Of a stretch of DNA of 64,000 nucleotides, positions 19,753 to 30,885 are shown piece after piece. How positions within the stretch are numbered: position 1 is the first letter of the stretch; each line of letters opens with the position of its first letter. Made by a program: the position numbers and the translations under genes. The stretch covers positions 896,001-960,000 of the forward strand of contig CAWGHO010000001.1 of assembly GCA_963822445.1 (NCBI GenBank), written 5' to 3'. This DNA is from an uncultured Acidobacteriota bacterium. GTDB lineage: Bacteria; Acidobacteriota; Thermoanaerobaculia; Gp7-AA8. The notes beneath the pieces are model-generated. The model worked only from the letters and a program-made list of their open reading frames with translations. It was not told where the DNA came from and did no database searches.

Positions 19753-20850
19753 ATGAGACTCCTTCCGCGCGATGACAACCAGGGCTGGACGCCCTATGCC
19801 TGGCTGGTCTACATCCTCCCGTTTCTGCTGACGCCGACGTACTCCTCGCGCTACAACAATCCCGCGGGCTGGGCGATGTTCAGCGCGTTCACACTCGTGC
19901 TGTGCGCGCTGTACTTCCGCAGCTACTGGGTGACCGGCCGCGAGTTGATCCTCGTGGCCGCGGCGACCACCGCGCTCGGCATTGCAATCTGGCCGATCTC
20001 CTACGGCGGCGGTGCGATGTTCATTTATGCCGCGGGCATGATCGGGAACGACGACAAACCGCGCCGCGCCTGGATCTGCGTCGCGCTGATCGCCGTCATC
20101 GCCTTCATCGAAGCCTGGTACCTGAAGCGCGACTGGTTCAGCTCGAGCTGGCCGGTGGTCTTCACGATCCTGATCGGCGCAATCAACATCCACTACGCGC
20201 AGGTCGGCCGCGCGAACGCCCGTCTGCGCATGGCTCATGACGAAATCGAGCACCTGGCGAAAGTCGCCGAGCGCGAGCGCATCGCCCGAGACCTCCATGA
20301 CCTCCTCGGCCACACGCTTTCGCTGGTGATCATGAAATCCGAGCTGGCCGCGAAGCTGTCTGAGCGCGATCCGGCCCGGGCCCGCGAAGAGATTCGCGAC
20401 GTCGAGCGGATCTCGCGTGAAGCGCTCGCGGAAGTCCGCGCGGCAGTCGCGGGCTATCGCTCCGGCGGACTCGATGCGGAAGCGCAGCGCGCGCGCAATG
20501 CGCTCTCGTCTGCGGGCGTGGCTGTCGAATGCGATCTGGGCGTCGCGCACCTTCCGCCGGCGCAGGAAGCGGTGCTGGCCTTAGCCATGCGGGAAGCAGT
20601 CACGAACATCGTTCGTCACGCCCGCGCGAGCAAGTGCCGCATCACCATCGAAGCAACCGGCGACGTGTGCACGCTCACCGTGAGTGATGACGGTCGCGGC
20701 GGCAATTCGCCGTTCGGAAGCGGCCTGACCGGCATGCGCGAGCGCGTGGAAGTCCTCGGCGGCACGATGACCCGCGACGGTCGCCGCGGCACGACGCTGA
20801 CCGTGACCCTGCCGCTGAATACCGAGTCCCGCGCGGAGCGCTCGGCGTGA
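19753..20850 (+). CDS. DesK-like membrane sensor histidine kinase (HisKA_3)
   Basis: Five TMs; 'ERERIARDLHDLLGH', 'EAVTNIVRHA', 'DDGRG', 'GLTGMRER'. Confidence 0.93.
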   Translation: MRLLPRDDNQGWTPYAWLVYILPFLLTPTYSSRYNNPAGWAMFSAFTLVLCALYFRSYWVTGRELILVAAATTALGIAIWPISYGGGAMFIYAAGMIGNDDKPRRAWICVALIAVIAFIEAWYLKRDWFSSSWPVVFTILIGAINIHYAQVGRANARLRMAHDEIEHLAKVAERERIARDLHDLLGHTLSLVIMKSELAAKLSERDPARAREEIRDVERISREALAEVRAAVAGYRSGGLDAEAQRARNALSSAGVAVECDLGVAHLPPAQEAVLALAMREAVTNIVRHARASKCRITIEATGDVCTLTVSDDGRGGNSPFGSGLTGMRERVEVLGGTMTRDGRRGTTLTVTLPLNTESRAERSA

Positions 20851-21449
20851 TCCGCGTCGTCATCGCCGAAGATCAGGCCATGGTCCTCGGCGCACTCGCG
20901 GCTCTGCTGGAGACCGCGGGAGACATCGAAGTCGTCGGACGCGCACATGACGGCGAGGATGCGCTGGTGCTCTGTCGCGACAAACGTCCCGACGTGCTGC
21001 TCACCGACATCGAAATGCCGCGCATGACCGGACTCGAGCTCGCCGCCGCCGTGAAACGCGAAGCCCTGCCGACGCGCGTGATCATCCTGACCACGTTCGC
21101 GCGCGGCGGGTATCTGCGGCGTGCGCTGGAAACCGGCGCGTCCGGATATCTGCTCAAAGACTCGCCGGCGGATCAGCTGGCGAATGCGGTTCGCCGAGTG
21201 AAAGCGGGCGGCCGCGTCGTCGATCCGGAGCTCGCCGCGGAAGCGTGGAGCGAGCCCGATCCGCTCACCGATCGCGAACGCCAGGTTCTGCGCATGGCCG
21301 GCGAGGGGCAGACCAGCGCGGACATCGCGTCAACGCTTCATCTCTCGGAAGGAACCGTGCGGAATTACCTGTCCGAGGCGATCAGCAAGCTGGGGGCGGG
21401 AAACAGGGTCGAGGCCGCGCGGATCGCTAGGGAGAAAGGCTGGCTCTGA
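20847..21449 (+). CDS. DesR-like NarL/LuxR response regulator
   Basis: Receiver domain ('AEDQ', 'DIEMP'); LuxR HTH 'LSEGTVRNYLS'. Confidence 0.94.
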   Translation: MIRVVIAEDQAMVLGALAALLETAGDIEVVGRAHDGEDALVLCRDKRPDVLLTDIEMPRMTGLELAAAVKREALPTRVIILTTFARGGYLRRALETGASGYLLKDSPADQLANAVRRVKAGGRVVDPELAAEAWSEPDPLTDRERQVLRMAGEGQTSADIASTLHLSEGTVRNYLSEAISKLGAGNRVEAARIAREKGWL

Positions 21450-22704
21450 GCTCCGCGCGCACGCGCTTGCCCGTGCGCGTTTTCTCGCAGGTGAACGCGT
21501 CCTTGTGCGCGACGAACGCGACGTAGTCCGTCGTGGCCACGCGATACGTGCGGGATGGATCGACAGGACCGCTGACGTACATCTCGTCGTCGATTGCTCG
21601 CTGCAGCAGCGCACCACTCATCTCGCAGACCACGATCTCGTTGTCGTATGGCATTGAGGCGCGGAGCGACTCGAGACTGATCGTGCCGGCCGGTAACGGC
21701 CCGCGAAAGCTGCTGTGCGTGGAGAGCGCGATGTCGGCGTTCGTGGCCGCCCGCATCACTTCGAGCGTGCGCATCGCCAAAGCACGAACGCTGATCGGCT
21801 CTTTTAGTTGGGCGATCGGTGCAAAGAGGTCGGCGTACACGGGATCCTGCTCGAGCTCGCGCTGCATTCCCTTCACTCGACTGGCAATCCTGCGATCCTC
21901 GCGCAACCGCGAATCGACCGGCACGAGCGTGCCTGCTACCTTCGCGACCCGTCCGTCATCGAGGGTCAGGACAACCCGGCTGATGTACGCCAGGTACTGC
22001 GAAGGGGAAATGAACGAGGTCGTCGTTCCGGGAATCAGGGTGAGCTCGCGCTTCAGATGGCTGTGCGAGCCGAAGATCACGTCGATGCCGGGAACAGCAC
22101 GGGCGAGCGCGTAATCGGCTTCCGTCTCCTCATGGCCGATCATCACCACCGCGTCGACGCGCTCTTTGTCGCGCAACGCTGCAACCACCTCGCGTGCGGC
22201 CGCAATCGAATCGCTGAACTTCAATTCGGGCAGTTTGACCAGTTGCGGGAAATCAGGGCCGGACAGGGCGAAGACGCCGATGCGCGCGCCTTTCGCCTTC
22301 AGAACGACGTAACGCGGGAAGGCGGTGGTGTTCGCGCTGAGAATCGGATAGCGAACCGACCGGCGGCATCGCTCGAACTGCTCCCAGCCGTAATCGGCGT
22401 CGTGATTGCCGAAGGCCATGGCGTCGACGATGCCGTTCCACCACGCCCATTCCGCGCAACCGTACTTGTCCGACCAGGCCGGCGCGCCTTTGTTGATCGT
22501 GTCGCCGCCGCTGAAGACCAGCGCGCCGCGGCGCTTCTCCGCGCGAAGATACCCGACGGCCCGCGCGATGCCGCCCAACTCCCCTTCCTCGGTGTAGAAC
22601 GGCAGTGCGTGGGAGTGGTAGTCGGAGAAATGCAGCAGCGTGACGTTCGTCTCCGCGGCCGCGGGAAAAGCGAAACAGAAAACGAAAAGGAGAAGCCTGC
22701 ACAT
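21427..22704 (-). CDS. Secreted 5'-nucleotidase / UDP-sugar hydrolase family metallophosphoesterase
   Basis: Signal peptide from the ATG at 22704; 'HFSDYHS', 'SGGD', 'GNHD', 'GSHSH', C-terminal 'MPYDN'. Confidence 0.88.
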   Translation of the reverse strand: MCRLLLFVFCFAFPAAAETNVTLLHFSDYHSHALPFYTEEGELGGIARAVGYLRAEKRRGALVFSGGDTINKGAPAWSDKYGCAEWAWWNGIVDAMAFGNHDADYGWEQFERCRRSVRYPILSANTTAFPRYVVLKAKGARIGVFALSGPDFPQLVKLPELKFSDSIAAAREVVAALRDKERVDAVVMIGHEETEADYALARAVPGIDVIFGSHSHLKRELTLIPGTTTSFISPSQYLAYISRVVLTLDDGRVAKVAGTLVPVDSRLREDRRIASRVKGMQRELEQDPVYADLFAPIAQLKEPISVRALAMRTLEVMRAATNADIALSTHSSFRGPLPAGTISLESLRASMPYDNEIVVCEMSGALLQRAIDDEMYVSGPVDPSRTYRVATTDYVAFVAHKDAFTCEKTRTGKRVRAELRASLSP

Positions 22705-22728
22705 CGCGCGCGAGTGTATCGTTTGGAA

Positions 22729-23139
22729 ATGAAACAGCCGAAGGCGAAAAGCTCCCCGCCCGTTGACGCTTCCAAACTCATCGACGAGCGGATCCGCGAC
22801 CTGGGCGGATGGCGCGGCGAGACCCTGGCTCGGATGCGCAAGCTGATTCTCGAAGCCGACCCGGAGATGACCGAAGAGTGGAAGTGGAGCAATCCGGTCT
22901 GGTCGCATCACGGCATTGTCTGCACCGGCGAGGCGTACACGAAGGTCGTGAAGCTCACCTTCGCCCGTGGGGCGGACGTCCCGGATCCATCAGGCCTTTT
23001 CAATTCCAGCCTGGAAGGCAACACGCGAAGGGCGATCGACATCGGCGAAGGCGAAAAAGTCGACGCGCGTGCCTTCAAGGCGCTGATCAAGGCCGCGGTG
23101 GCCAACAATGCCGCGCCGTCGAAACCCAAAGCACGATGA
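22729..23139 (+). CDS. DUF1801 (YdhG-like) protein
   Basis: 'WRGETLARMR..I..ADP...EEWKW..PVW', 'FNSSLEGNTRRAID'. Confidence 0.85.
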   Translation: MKQPKAKSSPPVDASKLIDERIRDLGGWRGETLARMRKLILEADPEMTEEWKWSNPVWSHHGIVCTGEAYTKVVKLTFARGADVPDPSGLFNSSLEGNTRRAIDIGEGEKVDARAFKALIKAAVANNAAPSKPKAR

Positions 23140-23561
23140 AACCCCGAAAAAGTGCAAAGCGCCCCGTTCTCCTGTCGGGCGGCAACCCGCAGATCGCCAA
23201 GGCGGAGGGCGATGCACCGGTGAAGGCGTACATCGCCGCGATGCCGGACTGGAAGCGCGCCATGGGCAAACGCCTCGACGCGCTCATCGTTCGGAACGTG
23301 CCCAACGTGACCAAGGCCGTGAAATGGAACTCGCCGATGTACGGCATCGAAGGCCAGGGGTATTTCGTGTCGTTCCACACCTTCACGAACTACGTAAAAG
23401 TCACCTTCTTCCGCGGTACGTCCCTGAACCCCGTTCCGCCCGGAGGTAAGACCGAAGCGCGCTGGATCAACGTTCACGAGGACGATCTCGACGAAAAGCA
23501 GATGGCCGCATGGATAAAGCAGGCCGCCGCGATACCCGGTTGGATTCCCGGGCAGCCCTGA
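23136..23561 (+). CDS. DUF1801 (YdhG-like) protein
   Basis: 'LLSGGNPQIAK..GDAPV.AYIAAMPDWK', 'KAVKWNSP'; ATGA-coupled to the preceding gene. Confidence 0.85.
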   Translation: MKPRKSAKRPVLLSGGNPQIAKAEGDAPVKAYIAAMPDWKRAMGKRLDALIVRNVPNVTKAVKWNSPMYGIEGQGYFVSFHTFTNYVKVTFFRGTSLNPVPPGGKTEARWINVHEDDLDEKQMAAWIKQAAAIPGWIPGQP

Positions 23562-23564
23562 GAA

Positions 23565-24332
23565 CTACGGCTGCAACGCCAGGTTCTCGCTGCCGGCAGC
23601 GGTAATCACTACGCGTTTCACTGAGGGCAACTGCGTCAGCGTTTCCGTCACAGCCGCACGAATCATCTGCACGGCGCACGAGCCTCCGACATTCTGCAGA
23701 CGCTCGTTGAAATCGACAGTCAGCACGCCGTCGCGCAGATTGACCGATCGCACCGCCGAGCCTTTGGGGAAAACGGGATGCTCCATCACCGCTTCCACGA
23801 GCAAGCGGGCCATGGCGATGCTTTTCGGGACGCGCCGCTTTGCGGTCACCAGACCCGTGCAATCGGCGTTCGGCAGGCGGAGCGAAATCTCGACGAGCTC
23901 CACATTGAATGCCTTCTCCACGCGGACCAGCGAGCGCTCCGAACCGTCTTTGGCCGAATACTCGAGCGCTTCGACCGTCATGCGCCGGCCGGGATCGTTG
24001 GTAAGCCAGATTTCTGCGCGATAAGGATTGTGCTGGCCCATCTCCCCGTCCGAAGTGGTGAACGTCTCTTTCATCAGCTTGCCGCTCGCATCGCGCACGC
24101 GCAGGATGACGTTGTTCTCGAACGTGCGAGCGCGTCCGGCAATCACGACCGGATTCGCGGCGTCGACGCTCTCAATGGTGATCTCGGGACGCACCGCAGG
24201 CTCGGACGGCTGAACCGGCTTGCCCGGCGATTCCGCGGTTTCGACCGGGGCCGCTGGAGCGGTCGTTTCGGAAACCGGCGGCGCGGGTTTACAGGATATC
24301 AGCATGATGAGAGCGACGACGTAAAACCGCAC
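23565..24332 (-). CDS. Lipoprotein with Gmad2 Ig-like and GerMN domains
   Basis: GTG start after GAGGGAGG; lipobox 'LISC'; 'G.ARTFE', 'SAKDG', 'VDF....GGSC.....R......TL.Q.P.V'. Confidence 0.8.
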   Translation of the reverse strand: MRFYVVALIMLISCKPAPPVSETTAPAAPVETAESPGKPVQPSEPAVRPEITIESVDAANPVVIAGRARTFENNVILRVRDASGKLMKETFTTSDGEMGQHNPYRAEIWLTNDPGRRMTVEALEYSAKDGSERSLVRVEKAFNVELVEISLRLPNADCTGLVTAKRRVPKSIAMARLLVEAVMEHPVFPKGSAVRSVNLRDGVLTVDFNERLQNVGGSCAVQMIRAAVTETLTQLPSVKRVVITAAGSENLALQP

Positions 24333-24357
24333 CTTGTTATCCTCCCTCACGGTCGTC

Positions 24358-24807
24358 ATGGAAAGTATCACTGTCGAGACCCTCATCGACGCGCCGATCG
24401 AGCGCTGTTTCGATTTCGCGCGCGACCTCGATCTGCACACGAAGTCACTGGCGTACACGAATGAGGTCGCGATCGCGGGCAGGACTACTGGCTTGATCGA
24501 GCTTGATGAGGAAGTCACCTGGCGAGGCCGCCACCTCGGAGTGACACAGGAATTCACGTCGCGCATCACCGCCTTCGATCGCCCTCGTCATTTCCAGGAC
24601 TCAATGCAACGTGGAGCATTCCGTTCATTCGTGCATGATCATTTCTTCACGCATGAAGGCGCTCGCACGAAGATGGTGGATGTCCTGGTGTTCTCCGCGC
24701 CGCTTGGCCTGCTGGGCGTGATCGCGGAGAAGCTCGTACTACGCCGGTATCTGCGACGTCTCCTGCAGGCGCGAGCACGGACCATCCGCGACGCCGCGGA
24801 AGCCTGA
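24358..24807 (+). CDS. SRPBCC family protein
   Basis: 'T.IDAPIERCFD..RD.DLH', 'VTWRGRHLG', 'GAFRSF.HDH.F'. Confidence 0.85.
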   Translation: MESITVETLIDAPIERCFDFARDLDLHTKSLAYTNEVAIAGRTTGLIELDEEVTWRGRHLGVTQEFTSRITAFDRPRHFQDSMQRGAFRSFVHDHFFTHEGARTKMVDVLVFSAPLGLLGVIAEKLVLRRYLRRLLQARARTIRDAAEA

Positions 24808-24812
24808 AAAAC

Positions 24813-24842
24813 AAAAAGGCGCACCGGAGTGCGCCCTTTTTC
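24813..24842. terminator. Bidirectional intrinsic terminator
   Basis: AAAAAGGCGCAC-CGGA-GTGCGCC-CTTTTT between convergent genes. Confidence 0.8.
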
Positions 24843-24861
24843 GTGAAGCTCGATTGACGCG

Positions 24862-25434
24862 TTACTTCTTGAGCGAATCCTGCATTTCCTTGATCGCGGC
24901 CTCGCGTCCCTTTTCCTTCGCGATCTTCGCGAACGCGGGACGGCGGCCGGCGGCGAACTGGCGAACGAGCGCCAGGTAACGGCCCTGAAGCTGGCGCGAC
25001 GCCAACTGCTCCGGCGTAATGTTGCTGCGGCGACGGCGCTTTGCACCACCCTTTGCCGGGGCAGCGGCAGTGGACGCGCTGGCACTGGCCGGCGGACGGC
25101 CAGGTCCACGCTTTCCGGGCGGACGGCCCGGACCACGCTTCGCACCCGTTCCCGGCGGACGGCCCGGGCCACGGCGGCGGCGACGGCGCGCGACCGCGGC
25201 ACCTGCAATACCCGCGGCAATACCGGCCACCGCGGCGGCAGCCGGACCAGCCGCTTCGCGCAGACGCGCAAGCCGCTGCTCGAGCTGACTGATCTCCAGG
25301 CTCATTTCGCTCACATACCGATTGATCTCACCCGCGGAAATCCGGCGCTCCTTCACCAGGCGATCCAACACATAGGCCGCCTGGCCTGAGCTGAGCGAGG
25401 AACCTTCACCCGCATTCTTTCTTGGTCTGGCCAT
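24862..25434 (-). CDS. Basic AT-hook-containing protein, putative nucleoid-associated or DNA-binding
   Basis: GGAGGA RBS; coiled coil; three (K/R)RGPGRPP motifs; Arg/Lys/Ala-rich. Confidence 0.65.
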   Translation of the reverse strand: MARPRKNAGEGSSLSSGQAAYVLDRLVKERRISAGEINRYVSEMSLEISQLEQRLARLREAAGPAAAAVAGIAAGIAGAAVARRRRRRGPGRPPGTGAKRGPGRPPGKRGPGRPPASASASTAAAPAKGGAKRRRRSNITPEQLASRQLQGRYLALVRQFAAGRRPAFAKIAKEKGREAAIKEMQDSLKK

Positions 25435-25466
25435 AAACACTCCTCCTTACGAGACACTCATGCACA

Positions 25467-25496
25467 AAGTCTTGAGCAATATATGCGCAATGTCAA
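25467..25496 (-). promoter_or_regulatory. Sigma-70-like promoter with a palindrome in the spacer
   Basis: Perfect TTGACA (25496-25491), then a TTGCGCA-TATAT-TGCTCAA inverted repeat; weak -10 (AAGACT). Confidence 0.5.
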
Positions 25497-25507
25497 CTCT
25501 ATGAACG

Positions 25508-25537
25508 AAAAAAGGCGGGCCTTGTGGCCCGCCTTTC
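25508..25537 (-). terminator. Intrinsic terminator of ahcY
   Basis: AAAGGCGGGCC / GGCCCGCCTTT stem followed by a T-tract on the minus strand. Confidence 0.8.
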
Positions 25538-25559
25538 GCGAAAAACACAGTAATTGATC

Positions 25560-27064
<1,505 letters not shown>

Positions 27065-27213
27065 TGATCCTTACTCCTTGGTTAGTCGCTTGTCCCGGCG
27101 CCTGGCGGGAGTTTCCGAGCACGGCGCCCGGGGGAAGGAGAGGGGCATTTTAGCCGAAAGGCCAGTCGCCACCGTGTAGAATCGCGGCACCCGGTCCAAA
27201 GGAAGAGGCCCAA

Positions 27214-28271
27214 ATGTTCGAAAGTACGCGCCAGGGGACACCGCGCTTCAAGGCGCGGTTTCCCGTTCAAGGTTCCGTCCTTCTCATTCCGCGGAGGCGG
27301 CATCGCTCTGCCTCGCTGTTCAAGATCCTGCTCGTCCTGTCGCCCTTCTTTTCCTGCGCGCGTGCGTGATCACGTACGTCGCCCCCGATCAGATCGGCAT
27401 GCGGCAGGTCTCGTTCGGACCCGAACAAGGGCCTGCAGAAGAACCTCGTTCGCGCCGGATACCGCCGGCAGCTGCCGGTTACGAGACGTCCGCACGTTCC
27501 CGCGCGACATCCAGGTCGTCGAGTTCACGAGCAATGCGGCCGAGGGCGGCGGCGATCACCGCACGGTCGGCGCGATCAATGTGCCGACCGTCGACGGATA
27601 TCCGGTCGCCGTCGACGTGACGGTGCATGTACCGCATCGCCGATCCCTTCCTGGTCGTCTCGCAATTCGGCTTCGGCCGCGCCTATCGAGGACAACGTCG
27701 TCATCCGCTTCACCGATCCCACCGTCAAGCAGCACCTCGGCGAGCTTCGCGCCGAGGAGTTCTACGGCGACCGGCGCCTGCTCAAGGCGCGCGAGACTGA
27801 AGCGCGAGCTCTCCACGCGGTTCAAGGAAAACGGAATCCAGCTCGCCGACGTCCTGATCCGCCAGTACGACTATCCCGACGACCTTTCAGTCAGCTCACC
27901 GAGCAGAAGAAGATTCAGGACCAGTCGGTGCTCACCAATCGCGCACTGGCCAAACAGGCCGAGGTCGAAACGCGTCTCCGTCAGGCCGCGGCGCAGGGCG
28001 AGAATCTGATCAACAGTCAAAACCGCCGAGTTCCAGGCGCAGATCACCGACCTGAACGCCCAACGCGACCTGTACGAGCGGACGCAGACACGCCGAGGCC
28101 GACCTGCTGGTGCGCAAAGCCGAATCGCAGGGCACGGAGATGACCAATCGGGCGATGGAAGGCGCGGGCTCCGACAAGTTGCTCCGCCTTCGCAAAGGTC
28201 TGGCGCTGCTGAACGGAATCAAGGGCCCGATTTACATCAGCGAAGATCCGACCGACATCGGCCGGCAATAG
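27214..28271 (+). CDS. SPFH/band-7 domain membrane protein, heavily frameshifted
   Basis: Pieces 'TYVAPDQIGMRQV', 'INVPTVDGYPVAVDVTV', 'GIQLADVLIRQYDYP' and a coiled-coil C-terminus; start approximate. Confidence 0.65.
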
Positions 28272-28279
28272 GCGACGCC

Positions 28280-29309
28280 ATGAGAAAAACCATCGATTGC
28301 TCTCGCCGATCGCCGCGCTGCTCTGAGCCTCAGCGCGTGCACTCCGCACACGACCGAGGCCACCGAGGTGGGCGTCAAGTTCAACAAGATCACCCGGTCG
28401 ACGGAAGTGGCGCTCGCCGGGCGCAACGTACTTCTTCATGCCCATCGTCAACGACTGGGCGAAGTTCGACGTCTCGACGCAGAACCTGATGATGTCGGCG
28501 AAGGTCTCCAAAGGCGAGCGTCGCGAAAAAGACGACCTGCGCTTCAAGACGCGGGACGGAAACGACATCGAGACCGACGTGAACGTGCGCTGGCGGATCG
28601 ATCCCTCGAAGAGCGCGCAGATCTGGCAGACCGTGGCTCCGACGACGTGACGCGATCAAAGAGCGCCTGGTGCGGCCGCAGGCCCGCGCGTATGTGCGCG
28701 ACGTCCTCAATCGGCTCGATTCCGAGGAGTTCTACAACCCCGACCTGCGTTTCCGCGCGGCAACCGACGCCACGAATCTGGTCGCCGCGCATCTCAAGCC
28801 GTATGGCATCATCGTCGAGCAGGTCATCCTCGGCGATTTCGCGTTCAAGCCCGATTACCAGAACCTCATCAACAAGCGGAAAGAGGCCGAGAAACAGGCC
28901 GAAAAACTGGAAGCGCGAGATCATGGCCACCCAGGAAGCGAATCAGGCCAACCTGCAGCAGAAGGTCTCCGAGCTCACCGAACAGCTCACGCGCGCGGAA
29001 GGCGAACTGGAAACGGCCAAGCGGACCGCCGACGCTTACGTCGTGCAGAAGGAACAGGAAGCGCAGGCATTGATCGCGGAGTACAGCGCGTACGCGGAAG
29101 GCATGCGCAAAGAGCGCGCGGCGCTCGTCGGCAGCGCTGGCGACGCGTATGTGAGTCTGCAGCTCATCGAGGCTCTGCAGAAGAAAGAGATCCGCCAGAT
29201 TCCGAAGCTGCCCACCGGCGGCAACATGATCATCGACGGCAACAAGCTTCTGCAGCAGTTGGGCGTCTTCAACTACGCAACCCAGGCCGCGAAACCGCCC
29301 GAACAATGA
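28280..29309 (+). CDS. Second SPFH/band-7 domain protein (possible lipoprotein), frameshifted
   Basis: 'TEVGVKFNK', 'LRFKTRDGNDIETDVNVRWRID', 'YGIIVEQVILGDF', coiled coil. Confidence 0.75.
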
Positions 29310-29929
29310 GCGTTCTGAACATCGCCGGTCCGGAGTACGACTTCGGAAGCGTCGTCTTCGTCATCCTGGGCGAATGCGAGCATCGCCGCCGCGGATTCGA
29401 GGATGACGAGCTCGAATTCCGGTTGATGGAGGCGGCCAAGGCGAAGTTGAAGAAGATCAAAGCCGCGTACGACGAGTTCGGCGGCTCGGCCGCCTACTGG
29501 ACGGCGCTGCAGAAGGAAGTGCTGGAAACGGCCATGCCCCAGTACATCAACGCGGCGAAGAAGATGAACGCGCTCGAGCGCAATTCATTCGGGGTCTGGC
29601 GCGACGGCGATCCCGCTGCGCGCACAGCATTCGGCCTCGGCGGCCTGGTCGTCGGTGGCGTTCTGAAGGTGCTTCCCCTCATCGCCACGATCGAGAACAT
29701 GTTCGCGCTGGCGCTGGCCGTGGCCGGATTTCTCTATCCCGACCTCAAGCGCTACACGCACGAACGGCGGCATGTGAAAACGCTCAATCGCCTGGTCAAT
29801 GAGGCGGCGGCGTACCAGCAGAATGCGCGGCTGCATTACATGACCACGACGGACATCCGCGAGTCGTTTCACATCGGCGAACCGTCCAGCGAGACCGTGG
29901 CGGAGGAACGAACGGAGGTCGCGGAGTAA
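29306..29929 (+). CDS. Hypothetical membrane protein (helical N-terminus, two TMs)
   Basis: ATGA-coupled to the SPFH gene; typical codon usage; TM hairpin near the C-terminus. Confidence 0.7.
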   Translation: MSVLNIAGPEYDFGSVVFVILGECEHRRRGFEDDELEFRLMEAAKAKLKKIKAAYDEFGGSAAYWTALQKEVLETAMPQYINAAKKMNALERNSFGVWRDGDPAARTAFGLGGLVVGGVLKVLPLIATIENMFALALAVAGFLYPDLKRYTHERRHVKTLNRLVNEAAAYQQNARLHYMTTTDIRESFHIGEPSSETVAEERTEVAE

Positions 29930-30270
29930 TGCCTCCTGTCATCACCTGGTTCAAGGTCTACGCGGCGGCGATGGCGGTGCTCTACCTCTTCGTCATCGCC
30001 CTCGGCGGGCTGTTCCTCATCAATCCTGAATGGCTGGAAGAGGAGTCGTTCGAAGCGCGGATGATGGGCGTCATCTGCGTGGGGATGGGCATTCCTCTGG
30101 CGGTGATTTTCGCGGCGGCGCTCTTCCTCCCGCGACGCCCGTGGGTCTGGATCTACGACCTCGTGCTGATCGCGATCGGCTTCATGAGCTGTTGCATCCT
30201 GCCGTTTTCGGTGGCGCTGCTGATTTTCTGGCTGAAGCCCGAGGTGAAGGCCCACTTCAACCGGGTTTGA
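29929..30270 (+). CDS. Small multi-TM membrane protein
   Basis: TAATG coupling; 3-4 hydrophobic segments; C-terminal 'W.KPEVKAHF'. Confidence 0.75.
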   Translation: MPPVITWFKVYAAAMAVLYLFVIALGGLFLINPEWLEEESFEARMMGVICVGMGIPLAVIFAAALFLPRRPWVWIYDLVLIAIGFMSCCILPFSVALLIFWLKPEVKAHFNRV

Positions 30271-30856
30271 TGAGCGGCGCCGCCTCGGCGCACATCGGAC
30301 AATCCTCCGGCGGCCAGACCTGAAACTCCCGACGGGCCACGGCTTCGACAGGCACACCGAGTTGCGCGAACAGATCCGCGCCGCGATTGCCGAGAACCAT
30401 CAGCGCGCCGGTGACCAGGGTCGACGCGCCGTGACGCTGCAATTCGCGGTGAGTGCCCATGGCCGCCGAGCCTGCGCTCATCACGTCATCGACGATGGCG
30501 ACTTTGCGCGAGCGGACCCGCTCGATGAAGGCCTTCGGCAACGGGTACTGAACGGAATACAAACCGTTAGCATCGGCGGGCACCTGCCGTTCGGTATACG
30601 CGAATTCGCGGTTCAGTGTCGCGGCCACAGCGTGCGCGAGAAACGCGCCACCCACGAGCGGACCGCAAATCACATCGACGTCGTACGGCCAGATCGCGTC
30701 CGCCAGCCGCTCGATCAACGGCTGCACGCGCGAGGGCTCTGCGAAGAGCGTGTCCAGGTCGAGCCACAGCGCGCTGTGATGCCCCGATTCGAGCTGAAAG
30801 TGGCCATTGCGGGCCGATACGAGCTCGAAGAACGTCGCGGCGAGGTCATCGGCCAT
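30257..30856 (-). CDS. Orotate phosphoribosyltransferase-like type I PRTase
   Basis: 'GHFQLESGHHS', PRPP loop 'VAIVDDVMSAGSA', C-terminal 'CPMC.....KPG'; divergent from canonical PyrE. Confidence 0.75.
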   Translation of the reverse strand: MADDLAATFFELVSARNGHFQLESGHHSALWLDLDTLFAEPSRVQPLIERLADAIWPYDVDVICGPLVGGAFLAHAVAATLNREFAYTERQVPADANGLYSVQYPLPKAFIERVRSRKVAIVDDVMSAGSAAMGTHRELQRHGASTLVTGALMVLGNRGADLFAQLGVPVEAVARREFQVWPPEDCPMCAEAAPLIKPG

Positions 30857-30885
30857 GGCGAGGCGGAAGCTTACAATTGCCGGTC

